Shown piece by piece: positions 29,801 to 39,086 of a stretch of DNA of 64,000 nucleotides. A program made the translations under genes and the position numbers. The notes under the pieces were generated by a model. That model was not told the origin of the DNA and did no database searches. It was given only the letters and a program-made list of their open reading frames with translations. Position 1 is the stretch's first letter. Every line of letters starts with the position of its first letter. The stretch covers positions 1,152,001 through 1,216,000 of the forward strand of contig CBDEFM010000002.1 of assembly GCA_965237415.1 (NCBI GenBank). Reading direction: 5' to 3'. Origin of the DNA: Alphaproteobacteria bacterium. Lineage in GTDB: Bacteria; Pseudomonadota; Alphaproteobacteria; UBA828.

Positions 29801-31495
29801 GTGGCGGAAGCGTTCGACTACGTGATCGTTGGCGGTGGATCGGCGGGCGCCGTGCTGGCCCATCGCCTTTCGACCGACCCGGCGAAGCGGGTGGCCCTTC
29901 TCGAAGCGGGCCCGGACACGCCGCCGGAGACGGTGCCCGACATCATCCTCGACAGCTACCCGGGCCGTGCCTACTTCGATCGGCGCTTTCATTGGCACGA
30001 CCTGCGCGTCTACAACCGCTCGCCCGAAATCGACCCGTCCCAGAAGCCGAGCCGCTTCGAGCAGGCCCGCGTCATGGGCGGCGGCTCTTCCATCAACGGC
30101 CAGTTCGCCGTGCGCGGGATGAGGGGCGACTACGACGAGTGGGAGGAGATGGGGCTCGCCGGCTGGTCCCATAAGGGTCTCCTGCCCTACTTCAACAAGC
30201 TGGAGCGGGATGTCGATTTCGCCGGGGAGGGCCACGGCAGCGCCGGACGCATTCCCGTGCGCCGCCTGTTTCCGGACGAATGGGGTGGGTTCAGCCGTGC
30301 GGCCTTGGCGGCGATGCAGGAGGACGGCCTTCCCCTTGGCGGGGATGTCAACGGCAACGACGCCGACGGCTGCTATCCGGTGCCGCTCTCCAACCAGTAC
30401 GACCGCCGCGTCTCCACGGCGATCGGCTATCTCGACGCCGCGACCCGCCGCCGGCGCAATCTCGCCATTCATGCCGAGACCACGGTCACCCGCATCCTCG
30501 TGGAGGATGGGCGGGCACAAGGCGTTGAGGCGGTGAGCCGAGGGAAGACCGTCCGCTTCGATGCGCGGGAGACGATCGTCTCCGCCGGCGCGCTTCATTC
30601 CCCTGCCCTGCTCCTTCGCGCCGGGATCGGCCCGGCAGAGCACCTGCGCTCGCTCGGCATCGAGGTCGTGGCCGACCTGCCGGGCGTCGGCGGCAATCTT
30701 CTGGAGCACGCGAGCGTCAGCGTCGCGGCCCATCTCAAGCCGGAGGCGCGCGTGCCGGTCGGCCAGCGCCGCCACATCTATTTCGGGGCGCGGTTCTCCT
30801 CCGGGCTGCAGGGATGCCCGCCGGGCGACATGCTCTTCATGCCGACCAACTCCGCAGGCTGGCATCCGCTGGGCCAGGCGATGGGCACGATGCTCCTGGC
30901 GGTCAACAAGTCCTACTCGCGGGGCACGGTGCGCCTCCATACTCCGTCGCCGCATGACGAGCCGCGCGTCGATCTCAACATGCTCTCGGACGAGCGCGAT
31001 CTCGTGCGCCTGGTCGACGGGTTCCGCCGCCTCTACGCGATCATGGAATCCGACGCGATCAAGGATCAGGTGACCGTGTGGTTCCTCGCGGGCTACTCCG
31101 ACACCGTCCGCCGTCTGATGGTGCCCTCGGCGGGAACCTGGCTGAAGACCGCCGCGGCGCGTGCGCTTCTCGACCTCGGCGCGCCCGGCCGCATGCTGCT
31201 CAGGCGCAAGCTGACCGGCGGCCGCGATGTCCACCGCACGGTCAAGGACGAGAGCGCGCTCGCGGACTGGGTCAAGGCATCGGTCTGGCCTGGCTGGCAT
31301 GTGTGCGGGACCTGCCGCATGGGCCCCGACGGCGACCTGCTGGCGGTCCTGGACGGCGAATGCCGCGTGCGCGGCGTGGCGGGGCTCAGGGTCGTGGACG
31401 CGTCGGTGATGCCGACGATCCCGCGCGCCAACACCAATCTCACGACGATCGCGATCGCCGAGAAGATCGCCGACGGGTTGCGAATGTCGTCATGA
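29801..31495 (+). CDS. GMC family oxidoreductase
   Basis: GGGSAG, GGGSSING, HVCGTCRMG, LRVVDASVMP, NTN. Confidence 0.93.
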   Translation: MAEAFDYVIVGGGSAGAVLAHRLSTDPAKRVALLEAGPDTPPETVPDIILDSYPGRAYFDRRFHWHDLRVYNRSPEIDPSQKPSRFEQARVMGGGSSINGQFAVRGMRGDYDEWEEMGLAGWSHKGLLPYFNKLERDVDFAGEGHGSAGRIPVRRLFPDEWGGFSRAALAAMQEDGLPLGGDVNGNDADGCYPVPLSNQYDRRVSTAIGYLDAATRRRRNLAIHAETTVTRILVEDGRAQGVEAVSRGKTVRFDARETIVSAGALHSPALLLRAGIGPAEHLRSLGIEVVADLPGVGGNLLEHASVSVAAHLKPEARVPVGQRRHIYFGARFSSGLQGCPPGDMLFMPTNSAGWHPLGQAMGTMLLAVNKSYSRGTVRLHTPSPHDEPRVDLNMLSDERDLVRLVDGFRRLYAIMESDAIKDQVTVWFLAGYSDTVRRLMVPSAGTWLKTAAARALLDLGAPGRMLLRRKLTGGRDVHRTVKDESALADWVKASVWPGWHVCGTCRMGPDGDLLAVLDGECRVRGVAGLRVVDASVMPTIPRANTNLTTIAIAEKIADGLRMSS

Positions 31496-31884
31496 TCTGG
31501 CCGCAGGCAAATGGGATGACATCGGGGAACAATAAGCCGACCGCATGATCGACATCCTGTGCCGCTCCGCGCCGGACATGCAGGATCACATTGTCGACCG
31601 CGACGCGATCACACCGCTCGATTAGGACCGGCGGCCGCCTCGACACCCTCGCCAAGGACTTGATGTCGACGGCCGCAAGAGTCCGCAATCGAGCCTGCGC
31701 CACCGCCGGTTCCCAAGTGCCGCTCCAGCGATGCGTAGGCGTTGCGCCGCTCCTGAATTCCCGAGCGGTTGTCGCACAAAGGGTCACTGCCTATGATGGC
31801 TGCGCTGGATATCCAGGCGCGTCTGCCAATGGGCAACAACAACAATATGCGCGCGATCGGCAAAACAAACGGGAGGCTACGGAA

Positions 31885-33006
31885 ATGAGAAATTACCTGC
31901 GCAATGCGGCGCTCGGGGCCGCGGCTCTGGCCCTTCTCGCGGGCGGCATGACGCCGGCCGGGACCGCCATCGCGGACGAGAAGATAAAGGTCTATGTGAG
32001 CTTGGGTTTCGAGGGCAACACCTGGATGGATGCGGCCACCAACCTGCTGAGCTCAATAGCAGGGACCAAGGACTACAAGGACCGGGTGGATATCCAGATC
32101 CAGTCGGCCCGAGGCAACGCCCAGACCCAGATCCAGCAGATCAACGCGATGGTGCAGGCGGGCGCGCAAGTCATCGTCTCCTGGGCGCTCTCTCCGACGG
32201 CGCTCAACCGCGCCATCCGCAACGCCTGCCGCCGGGGCGTGGTCTTCGTCACCTTCGACGCCCAGGTCACCGAGCCTTGCGCCTATCACGTCGGCATCAA
32301 TCAGGACTGGGCCGGTGCGGGGCCGGCCGAATGGCTGGCCGAGGAGCTTGGCGGCAAGGGCAACATCGTCTTCATGGGCGGGATCCCCGGCAACATGGTC
32401 GACCTGCGGCGGAACGCCGCGGCCAAGGCGGTGTTCGCCGATTTCCCGGACATCACGATCATCGCCGACACGCCCAGCATGTGGAACAACGCCACGGCGA
32501 AGCAGAAGCTGACCGAGATCGTGGCCACCCACGGCTGGGACAAGATCGACGGGCTGTGGACCCAGACCGGCTGCTACGTCTTCACCCAGATGCAGGTGGA
32601 CGAGGGCCGCGGCGACCAGCTCAAGCCCTGCGCCGGCAACGGCACCAACGGTCACCGCGTGGCGCAGCTCCCGCCGGGAACGACCGAGGGCGCCTACGGG
32701 CTGCGCAGCGCCTCCATGGGCTCGCCGCCCTGGGCCGCGCCGTTTGCCTTCAAGCTCGCGATGACAAAGTTCGACGGCACCGACATTCCGCGCTTCTACG
32801 AGATCCCGATGCCGCTGGTGACACCGGGGCAGACGGAACTTTGCGACACCGCGGACAAGGGTGAGCTCACGGCCAAGAGCTGGTCGTGCAATGCGGTGCC
32901 GCTCTCCGTTGCGCCGTCCAACTACTTCATCGACGTTTGGCATTCGGAGGTGCCGGAACTCGACGTCTATTCCGCCCTCAACGGCACGGTGCCCGACGGT
33001 AGCTGA
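31885..33006 (+). CDS. Sugar-type ABC substrate-binding protein
   Basis: GGGAGG RBS, signal peptide; paralog of 42810..43934. Confidence 0.85.
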   Translation: MRNYLRNAALGAAALALLAGGMTPAGTAIADEKIKVYVSLGFEGNTWMDAATNLLSSIAGTKDYKDRVDIQIQSARGNAQTQIQQINAMVQAGAQVIVSWALSPTALNRAIRNACRRGVVFVTFDAQVTEPCAYHVGINQDWAGAGPAEWLAEELGGKGNIVFMGGIPGNMVDLRRNAAAKAVFADFPDITIIADTPSMWNNATAKQKLTEIVATHGWDKIDGLWTQTGCYVFTQMQVDEGRGDQLKPCAGNGTNGHRVAQLPPGTTEGAYGLRSASMGSPPWAAPFAFKLAMTKFDGTDIPRFYEIPMPLVTPGQTELCDTADKGELTAKSWSCNAVPLSVAPSNYFIDVWHSEVPELDVYSALNGTVPDGS

Positions 33007-33146
33007 TCGCGGCCGGCAGGCAGCGGCAGCAAACCGGGCCGGATCCGGCCGGGACGAAGGCGCTGGGGGCGCGGCGGTCATCGCCGCGCCCCGCAGCATC
33101 GTTATGGCCGGCATGACCGGCCGGTACCGGCGCCCGGGGGCCGGCT

Positions 33147-34670
33147 ATGGATGAGCAGGCGCCGGCGGTCGAGATCCGCGGCCTGAGCAAGGCGTTCGGC
33201 GCGACCGTCGCGCTCGACGACGTCTCACTCACCATTCCGCGCGGCGAGGTTCATGCGCTTCTCGGCGAGAACGGGGCCGGCAAGTCGACCCTGGTCAAGA
33301 TACTGAGCGGGCTAAGCCGGCAGGACACCGGCGAGGTCGCGCTGTTCGGCGACGCCGCCCGCATCGACACGCCGCGCGACTCACACCGGCTCGGAATCCA
33401 GACTGCCCATCAGGAGATTTCGCTGATCGGCGATCTCACCGTCGTGCAGAGCATGTTGCTGCCCTATGAGCCGACCGGCCCCACCGGACACATCAGGCGG
33501 CGCGACTCGGAGCGGCAGGTACGGCGCGCCCTCGCCGAACTCGGCCTCGACGATATCGACCCCCACGCCGAGGTGAGAACGCTGGCGCTGCCGACCCGGC
33601 AGAAGATCGAGATCGCCCGTGCCGTCTCGCGCAAGCCGCGCCTGCTCCTGCTGGACGAGCCGACCTCGTCGCTCTCCGGCAACGACGTGCAGTGGCTCGG
33701 CGCGCTCTTCGACCGGCTGCGCGCCGAGGGCACGACGATCGTCTTCATCTCGCACCGGATGCAGGAGGTGCGGGATTTCTGCGACAGCCTGACGATCCTG
33801 CGCAACGGCCGCATGGTGGGGGGCTTCAGGGCCGGCGAAATCTCCGACGACCGAGTGATCGAGCTGGTGATCGGGCGCTCGCTGGCCGCGACCTTCCCGC
33901 CCAAGCCGGCCGAGCCGGCCCGGCGCGGGGAGGCGCCGATCCTGGCCGCCGAAGGACTCGCCATCGAGGGAGGCATGGAGGATTTTTCCTTCTCCCTCTG
34001 GCCCGGCGAGATTCTGGGCGTCGGCGGGCTCGACGGCATGGGCCAGCGCGACCTCTTCCTCGCGCTCTTCGGCATGGTGGGGCTCAGCGCCGGCGACATC
34101 CTGATCGGCGGGAACCGGGTGACCCTGCGGACGCCCAAGGACGCCGTGAACAGCCGCATCGGCATCAGCTTCGTGCCGGAAGACCGCAAGACGGAGGCGC
34201 TCTTCCTCGCGCTGACGGGCCGGGAGAATATCTCGCTTCCGATCATCGATAGCTGCGTGCGCTTCGGCCTGGTGGACCTGCAGCGGGAATCGCAGGCCGT
34301 GGGCCGGGCGCTCGACATGGTGCAGGTCGACAGGCGCGCGCTCCACAGCCCCTGCAACGTCTTCAGCGGCGGCAACCAACAGAAGATCGCCATCGCCAAG
34401 TGGCTGCTCGCCGAGAGCCGCGTGCTGCTCATGTACGACCCGACGCGGGGCGTCGACGTCGGTACCAAGGCCGAGATCTACGCCCTCATGCGGGCGTACG
34501 CGGAGGCCGGCGGGGCGGTGCTCTACTACTCGACCGACGTGCCGGAGCTCGTCAACCTCTGTGACTCGGTGATGGTGATCTACCGCGGCCGCAAGGCGGC
34601 CTCGCTCGCCGGCGACGAGATCACCGAGGCCAGCATCATGCGCGCCGCTCTCGGCGAGGGCACTCCATGA
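33147..34670 (+). CDS. Sugar ABC ATPase (two-domain, RbsA-like)
   Basis: GENGAGKS, PEDRK, SGGNQQK, DPTRGVDVG. Confidence 0.93.
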   Translation: MDEQAPAVEIRGLSKAFGATVALDDVSLTIPRGEVHALLGENGAGKSTLVKILSGLSRQDTGEVALFGDAARIDTPRDSHRLGIQTAHQEISLIGDLTVVQSMLLPYEPTGPTGHIRRRDSERQVRRALAELGLDDIDPHAEVRTLALPTRQKIEIARAVSRKPRLLLLDEPTSSLSGNDVQWLGALFDRLRAEGTTIVFISHRMQEVRDFCDSLTILRNGRMVGGFRAGEISDDRVIELVIGRSLAATFPPKPAEPARRGEAPILAAEGLAIEGGMEDFSFSLWPGEILGVGGLDGMGQRDLFLALFGMVGLSAGDILIGGNRVTLRTPKDAVNSRIGISFVPEDRKTEALFLALTGRENISLPIIDSCVRFGLVDLQRESQAVGRALDMVQVDRRALHSPCNVFSGGNQQKIAIAKWLLAESRVLLMYDPTRGVDVGTKAEIYALMRAYAEAGGAVLYYSTDVPELVNLCDSVMVIYRGRKAASLAGDEITEASIMRAALGEGTP

Positions 34671-36751
34671 CATCGCTCGGTGCCCTGCGGGCGCCCTACC
34701 TGCCGCCGTTCAGCTGGTCACGTCAGCGCGGCACGATCGTCGCCATCGCCGTGTTTGCCGCCACCATGATCGCGCTGCAGCTCATCACCGGCCAGGGCAT
34801 CGCCTATTTCGACATCAGCAGCATCAGCGCGAGCGCCGCGACGCTGGCACTCGCCGCGCTCGGCGAGACCATCGTCATCCTTGCGGGCGGGCTCGACCTC
34901 TCGGCGGGCGCGGTGATCTCGCTCGTCAACGTGGTCCTGGTCACCCAGCTCGCTCCCGCCGTCGATATGGGGACCGGCCTCTTCACCCTCGTCGCGCTGG
35001 TCATCGCGCTCGGCCTGGGCGCGGCCATCGGCGCCGTCAACGGCTTCCTCGTCGCCTATGTCCGCCTGCAGTCGATCGTGGTGACGCTCGCCACCATGTT
35101 CATCGCCCAGGGCGCGGCGCTGCTCGTGCTCAAGTTCCCCGGCGGCGAGATGCCGTGGGACTTCAGCCTGGTCTTCACCGGCGACCTGGTACCCGAGGGC
35201 CTGCCCGCCCCCGTCGTCGTCCTGGCAATCGCCATTCTGTTCTGGCTGCTGCTGAAGAACACGCGGATCGGCACGGGAATCTACGCCATCGGCAGCGACG
35301 AAGGATCGGCACAGGCCAACGGCGTGGATGTGCGGCGTACGCGCTTCCTCACCTTCACCTTCGCCGGCATGTGCTACGGCGCGGCCGGCCTCTTCATTAC
35401 CGCCAACATGGGCGGCGGAGACCCGCTGATCGGCGCGAAGATGCTGCTCCAGATTTTCGCCGCCGTCGTGCTGGGGGGCACGCTCATCGGCGGCGGCCGG
35501 GGCGGCGCCGTCGGCACGATCTTCGGTGCTCTCACCCTCACCGTCGTGGTCAACATCTTCCTCGTGCTGGGCGTGCGCACCTACTACACGCCGATCGTCG
35601 AGGGCTTGATCCTGCTCATCGCCGTTCTCGGCTTCTCGCTCGGCCGCGACTCGCCGGTGGTGGAGATCACCCGCTTCTGGCGGGCGACGCTGCGGGCGCT
35701 CCGGGAGTCCTCCCTTCCCTCCAAGCTGCGGGTCGTGGGCGAGCCGATTCGCCTCGGGGGACTGGACCCACCGGCAGGCGGCGGCTTCACTGCTGCCGCC
35801 GTCCCGTGGCTCGACCGGCACCGCGCGGTGCTGCGCTTCGCCGTGCCGGCCTACCTCTTCTACATCGTCATCCTGGGTACCACGCTCGGCATCTTCGGGG
35901 GCGGCTTCTCGCCGCTCGCCTACCTCAACGCCATGCTGATCCTGACCGCCTTTTTGGCGATTCTCGGCCTCGGCCAGGGCACGGTCATCATCACCGGCGG
36001 GCTCGATCTCTCGGTGCCGTGGACCATGACCTTCCCGGCGATCGTCGTCACCACCCTCTGCAACGGCGTCGACGCGCCGGCGGCGTGGGTTATCCCGGCG
36101 GCGCTCGGGATCGGGATCGCCATCGGCTTCCTCAACGGCATGACCATCGTGCTTTTCGGGCTCTCGCCGATCATCGTGACGCTTGCCATGAACGGCATCC
36201 TGGAGGGCGTGTCGCTGCTGTTCAGCTCGGGCGCGCCCATCGGCAAGGCGCCGCCCGCGCTGGCCTGGTTCGTCACCGGGCGCATCGGCGGCATCGCCCC
36301 GATAGGCTGGTTCCTCATCGTCTTCGTCGTTGCCGCGACCCTCTACCTGAACAGGAGCGCGCAGGGCCGGCGCATTTTCGCTGTCGGCAACAGCCAGCGC
36401 GTCAGCCGCCTCTCGGGCGTGCGGATCGGCTTCCCGATCGTCGGCGCCTACATGCTGAGCGGATTCTGCTCGGCGTTAGTCGGGGTCTTCCTCGCGGGCT
36501 TCAGCGGGCAGGCGTTCTTCGGCATGGGCGACCCTTACCTGCTCTCCTCGATCGCCGTCGTGGTGCTGGGCGGCACCCTCATTACCGGGGGGCGCGGCCA
36601 CTACTTGGGAATCCTGGGTGGCGCGCTCCTGTTCACCGGGCTTGGCATCATGCTCTCGGGCACGGTGCTGCCCGAGGCCGTGCGCAACATCATCTATGGC
36701 CTCGTCCTGCTCGGCGCGATCGTCGCGCTCCGAGAGCGCGCGGACACATAG
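34667..36751 (+). CDS. Fused double sugar-ABC permease
   Basis: Two RbsC-like halves (GGLDLS twice, VLGGT twice), 694 aa. Confidence 0.88.
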   Translation: MTSLGALRAPYLPPFSWSRQRGTIVAIAVFAATMIALQLITGQGIAYFDISSISASAATLALAALGETIVILAGGLDLSAGAVISLVNVVLVTQLAPAVDMGTGLFTLVALVIALGLGAAIGAVNGFLVAYVRLQSIVVTLATMFIAQGAALLVLKFPGGEMPWDFSLVFTGDLVPEGLPAPVVVLAIAILFWLLLKNTRIGTGIYAIGSDEGSAQANGVDVRRTRFLTFTFAGMCYGAAGLFITANMGGGDPLIGAKMLLQIFAAVVLGGTLIGGGRGGAVGTIFGALTLTVVVNIFLVLGVRTYYTPIVEGLILLIAVLGFSLGRDSPVVEITRFWRATLRALRESSLPSKLRVVGEPIRLGGLDPPAGGGFTAAAVPWLDRHRAVLRFAVPAYLFYIVILGTTLGIFGGGFSPLAYLNAMLILTAFLAILGLGQGTVIITGGLDLSVPWTMTFPAIVVTTLCNGVDAPAAWVIPAALGIGIAIGFLNGMTIVLFGLSPIIVTLAMNGILEGVSLLFSSGAPIGKAPPALAWFVTGRIGGIAPIGWFLIVFVVAATLYLNRSAQGRRIFAVGNSQRVSRLSGVRIGFPIVGAYMLSGFCSALVGVFLAGFSGQAFFGMGDPYLLSSIAVVVLGGTLITGGRGHYLGILGGALLFTGLGIMLSGTVLPEAVRNIIYGLVLLGAIVALRERADT

Positions 36752-36835
36752 CTCGCTCCGGGAGCGCGCGGACACATAGCTCGCTCCGGGGGCACGCGGA
36801 CGCATAGTTCGCTCCGAGAGCGCGCGGACGCATGA
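36722..36835 (+). repeat. 4 x 28-bp tandem repeat of the permease 3' end, including the stop codon
   Basis: GC(G/A)CGCGG at 36736, 36764, 36792 and 36820. Confidence 0.92.
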
Positions 36836-36854
36836 CCTTGGTGAGAAATCCGGC

Positions 36855-37913
36855 CTATTGGGTGAAGCGCGATTCGGTGTCTGCAGTGCCGAACTTGCGG
36901 CTGTCCTCGTCGCTCCACTCCTCGCCGCTCGCCTGGCTGGCAAATTTCTCGACCATGTAGTCGCCGGCGGTGATCGGCGGATATTTCGCCGGCCGCTCCG
37001 CACTTTGACAGGTCGGCAGACACTCGATCACCGCGTCGTGACGGGGTTCGACGAAATAGCAGAGCGAGAGGCGCCGCCCGGCGGTGCGCGGCGGGTTGAC
37101 CACGCGGTGCCGCGTAGAGCGCCAGCGGTCGTTCGTCCAGCGCATCATCTGGTCGCCGATATTGACCACGAACGATCCGGCGACGGCCGGCACGTCCACC
37201 CAGGTGCCGTCGGGGCTGCGCGCCTGCAGGCCACCCGGCTTGTCCTCGATCAGGCAGATGGTGAGGTTGTCGTAGTCCGAATGCTCGCCGGCGCGGAGCT
37301 GCCCCTCCTCCGCCGCCGTCCGCTGCTGCGGATAGTTCAACACGCGCAGGATGCTGAATCCGTTCTCGAGCCTTGGGTCGAAATGGTCCTCGGGAAGATC
37401 GAAGGCCAGCGCCGCAATCCTGTGCAGGTGCCGCCCCAGCCGGTCCAGCGCTTCGATATAGGCCTCGATCGCCGATTTGAACGCCGCCGGACGCTCCGGC
37501 CAGATATTGGGGGCGTAGTGGGGAGCCGCCGCCTCGGTGTGGAAGGAGGGGTCGTCCGGCACGTCGAGCGGGCCGAAGGAGAGCGATTCCTTCAGGTCGG
37601 GCGGCGTCTCCACGCCAATCGTCGCCGAGAGGTGCTCGGTGCCGAGCGGCTCGTAGCCCCGGTTTGCCTTGTCGTCCTGCCGCTGCCTGATGGCGAGCTT
37701 CTCCTCCAGCGGCAGGTCGAAGAACGCTCTCGCCTCGCGCTGTGCCCGCTCGCAGATCGCCGGGTCGACCCCGTGGCCGGAAATCAGGAAGAAGCCGATG
37801 CGCTCGCAGGCGCGGTTGACCTCGCCTGCGACCCGCCGCCTGTCGGCGTGGCCCCCGGCAAAATAGGGGCCGAGGTCGATGAGCGGGATCTCCGAGAAGG
37901 GTCCGGTGGACAT
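36855..37913 (-). CDS. IPNS-like 2OG-Fe(II) oxygenase
   Basis: IPLIDL, GFF, HSD, NIGD, STRHRV, R.S. Confidence 0.92.
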   Translation of the reverse strand: MSTGPFSEIPLIDLGPYFAGGHADRRRVAGEVNRACERIGFFLISGHGVDPAICERAQREARAFFDLPLEEKLAIRQRQDDKANRGYEPLGTEHLSATIGVETPPDLKESLSFGPLDVPDDPSFHTEAAAPHYAPNIWPERPAAFKSAIEAYIEALDRLGRHLHRIAALAFDLPEDHFDPRLENGFSILRVLNYPQQRTAAEEGQLRAGEHSDYDNLTICLIEDKPGGLQARSPDGTWVDVPAVAGSFVVNIGDQMMRWTNDRWRSTRHRVVNPPRTAGRRLSLCYFVEPRHDAVIECLPTCQSAERPAKYPPITAGDYMVEKFASQASGEEWSDEDSRKFGTADTESRFTQ

Positions 37914-37998
37914 GGATACTGCTCGCGTGCCGGGCTACAGGCCCTCAGCCGCCGGCCGCCACAACGCGTAGAGGGCCGGCGGCGCGGTTCGCGCCCTC

Positions 37999-38913
37999 CT
38001 AATCCGCGGCGGGCGCGCCCTCGGTCGTGCGGTTGAAGGGATGGCGGCGTTTGAAGTCCTCGGCCATCTCCCGCATCGTGACCATGCGCACGCCGGTATG
38101 CGCGAGCATGTGGTCGAAGATCCGCTCCAGCATCATCAGCACTTGCGGTTTGCCGGCGCAATCGGGATGGATCACGCAGGTGTAGATCGCGTAGTCGTAG
38201 TGGCGGTAGATCCAGTCGAACTGGTCGCGCCAGATGTCCTCGACGTCCCGGGGATTCACCCAGCCGTGGCTGTTGGGGAAGGTCTTCACGAACATCATGG
38301 GCGGCGCGTCGTCGAGGTACCAGCTCGCGGGCAGCTCGACGAGATCGACCGCGTCACCCGCCACCCAGGGCTTCATCCACGATGCGGCTTCCTGGGTGTA
38401 GTCGATCTTGGTCCAGCTATCGCCCCTGCGCAGATAGTGCGGCGTGTAGTCATCCTCCATGACGCTGCGGTCGTAGAGGAAATTGCGCTCCATAAGGAGG
38501 TCGATGGTATTGGGACTCAGTTCCCACCACGGCGCGACATAGCCCACGGGGTGCACGCCGCAGAGGTCGGTCACCAGCTCGATGCACTTGTCGAGGACAT
38601 CGGCCTCCTGCTGGCGGGACATGGCGAGCGGGTTCTCATGGGTGTAGCCGTGCACCCCCAGCTCGTGGCCGTGCTTCACGATCAATTCCGATTCTTTCGG
38701 GAAGCTCTCGATCGAATGGCCGGTGATGTCCCACGTCGTCTTGATGCCGTAGCGCTCCATCATCTCCAGGATTCGCGGCACCCCTTGGCGCGCCGCGAAG
38801 ACGCCGCGCGAGATGTCGCAAGGTGAGTCGGCACCGCCGAACGATCCGATCCAGAGCGAAACCGAATCGAAATGGGGATTGAAGCAAACCTGGATGTCTT
38901 TCTTCGTGGCCAT
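37999..38913 (-). CDS. Polysaccharide deacetylase family (PuuE/HP0310-like) amidohydrolase
   Basis: GHELGVHGYTHE, GYVAPWWE, WYLDD, IHP. Confidence 0.88.
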   Translation of the reverse strand: MATKKDIQVCFNPHFDSVSLWIGSFGGADSPCDISRGVFAARQGVPRILEMMERYGIKTTWDITGHSIESFPKESELIVKHGHELGVHGYTHENPLAMSRQQEADVLDKCIELVTDLCGVHPVGYVAPWWELSPNTIDLLMERNFLYDRSVMEDDYTPHYLRRGDSWTKIDYTQEAASWMKPWVAGDAVDLVELPASWYLDDAPPMMFVKTFPNSHGWVNPRDVEDIWRDQFDWIYRHYDYAIYTCVIHPDCAGKPQVLMMLERIFDHMLAHTGVRMVTMREMAEDFKRRHPFNRTTEGAPAAD

Positions 38914-38995
38914 GATCCTGCCTCCCTTTGTCGCCGCATCGCGGCGGGTATCGTCAGCCGATGCCTCCTGTCTCAGGCGTCTGTGTACTCCCGAC

Positions 38996-39086
38996 GCATG
39001 TCATGCATCCGCGCGCTCTCGCAGCATGTCATGCATCCACGCGCTCCCGGAGCGTGTCATGCATCCGCGCGCTCCCGGAGCGCGAC
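38996..39086 (-). repeat. 3 x 28-bp tandem repeat of the permease 3' end, including the stop codon
   Basis: CC(G/A)CGCGC at 39009, 39037 and 39065. Confidence 0.92.
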
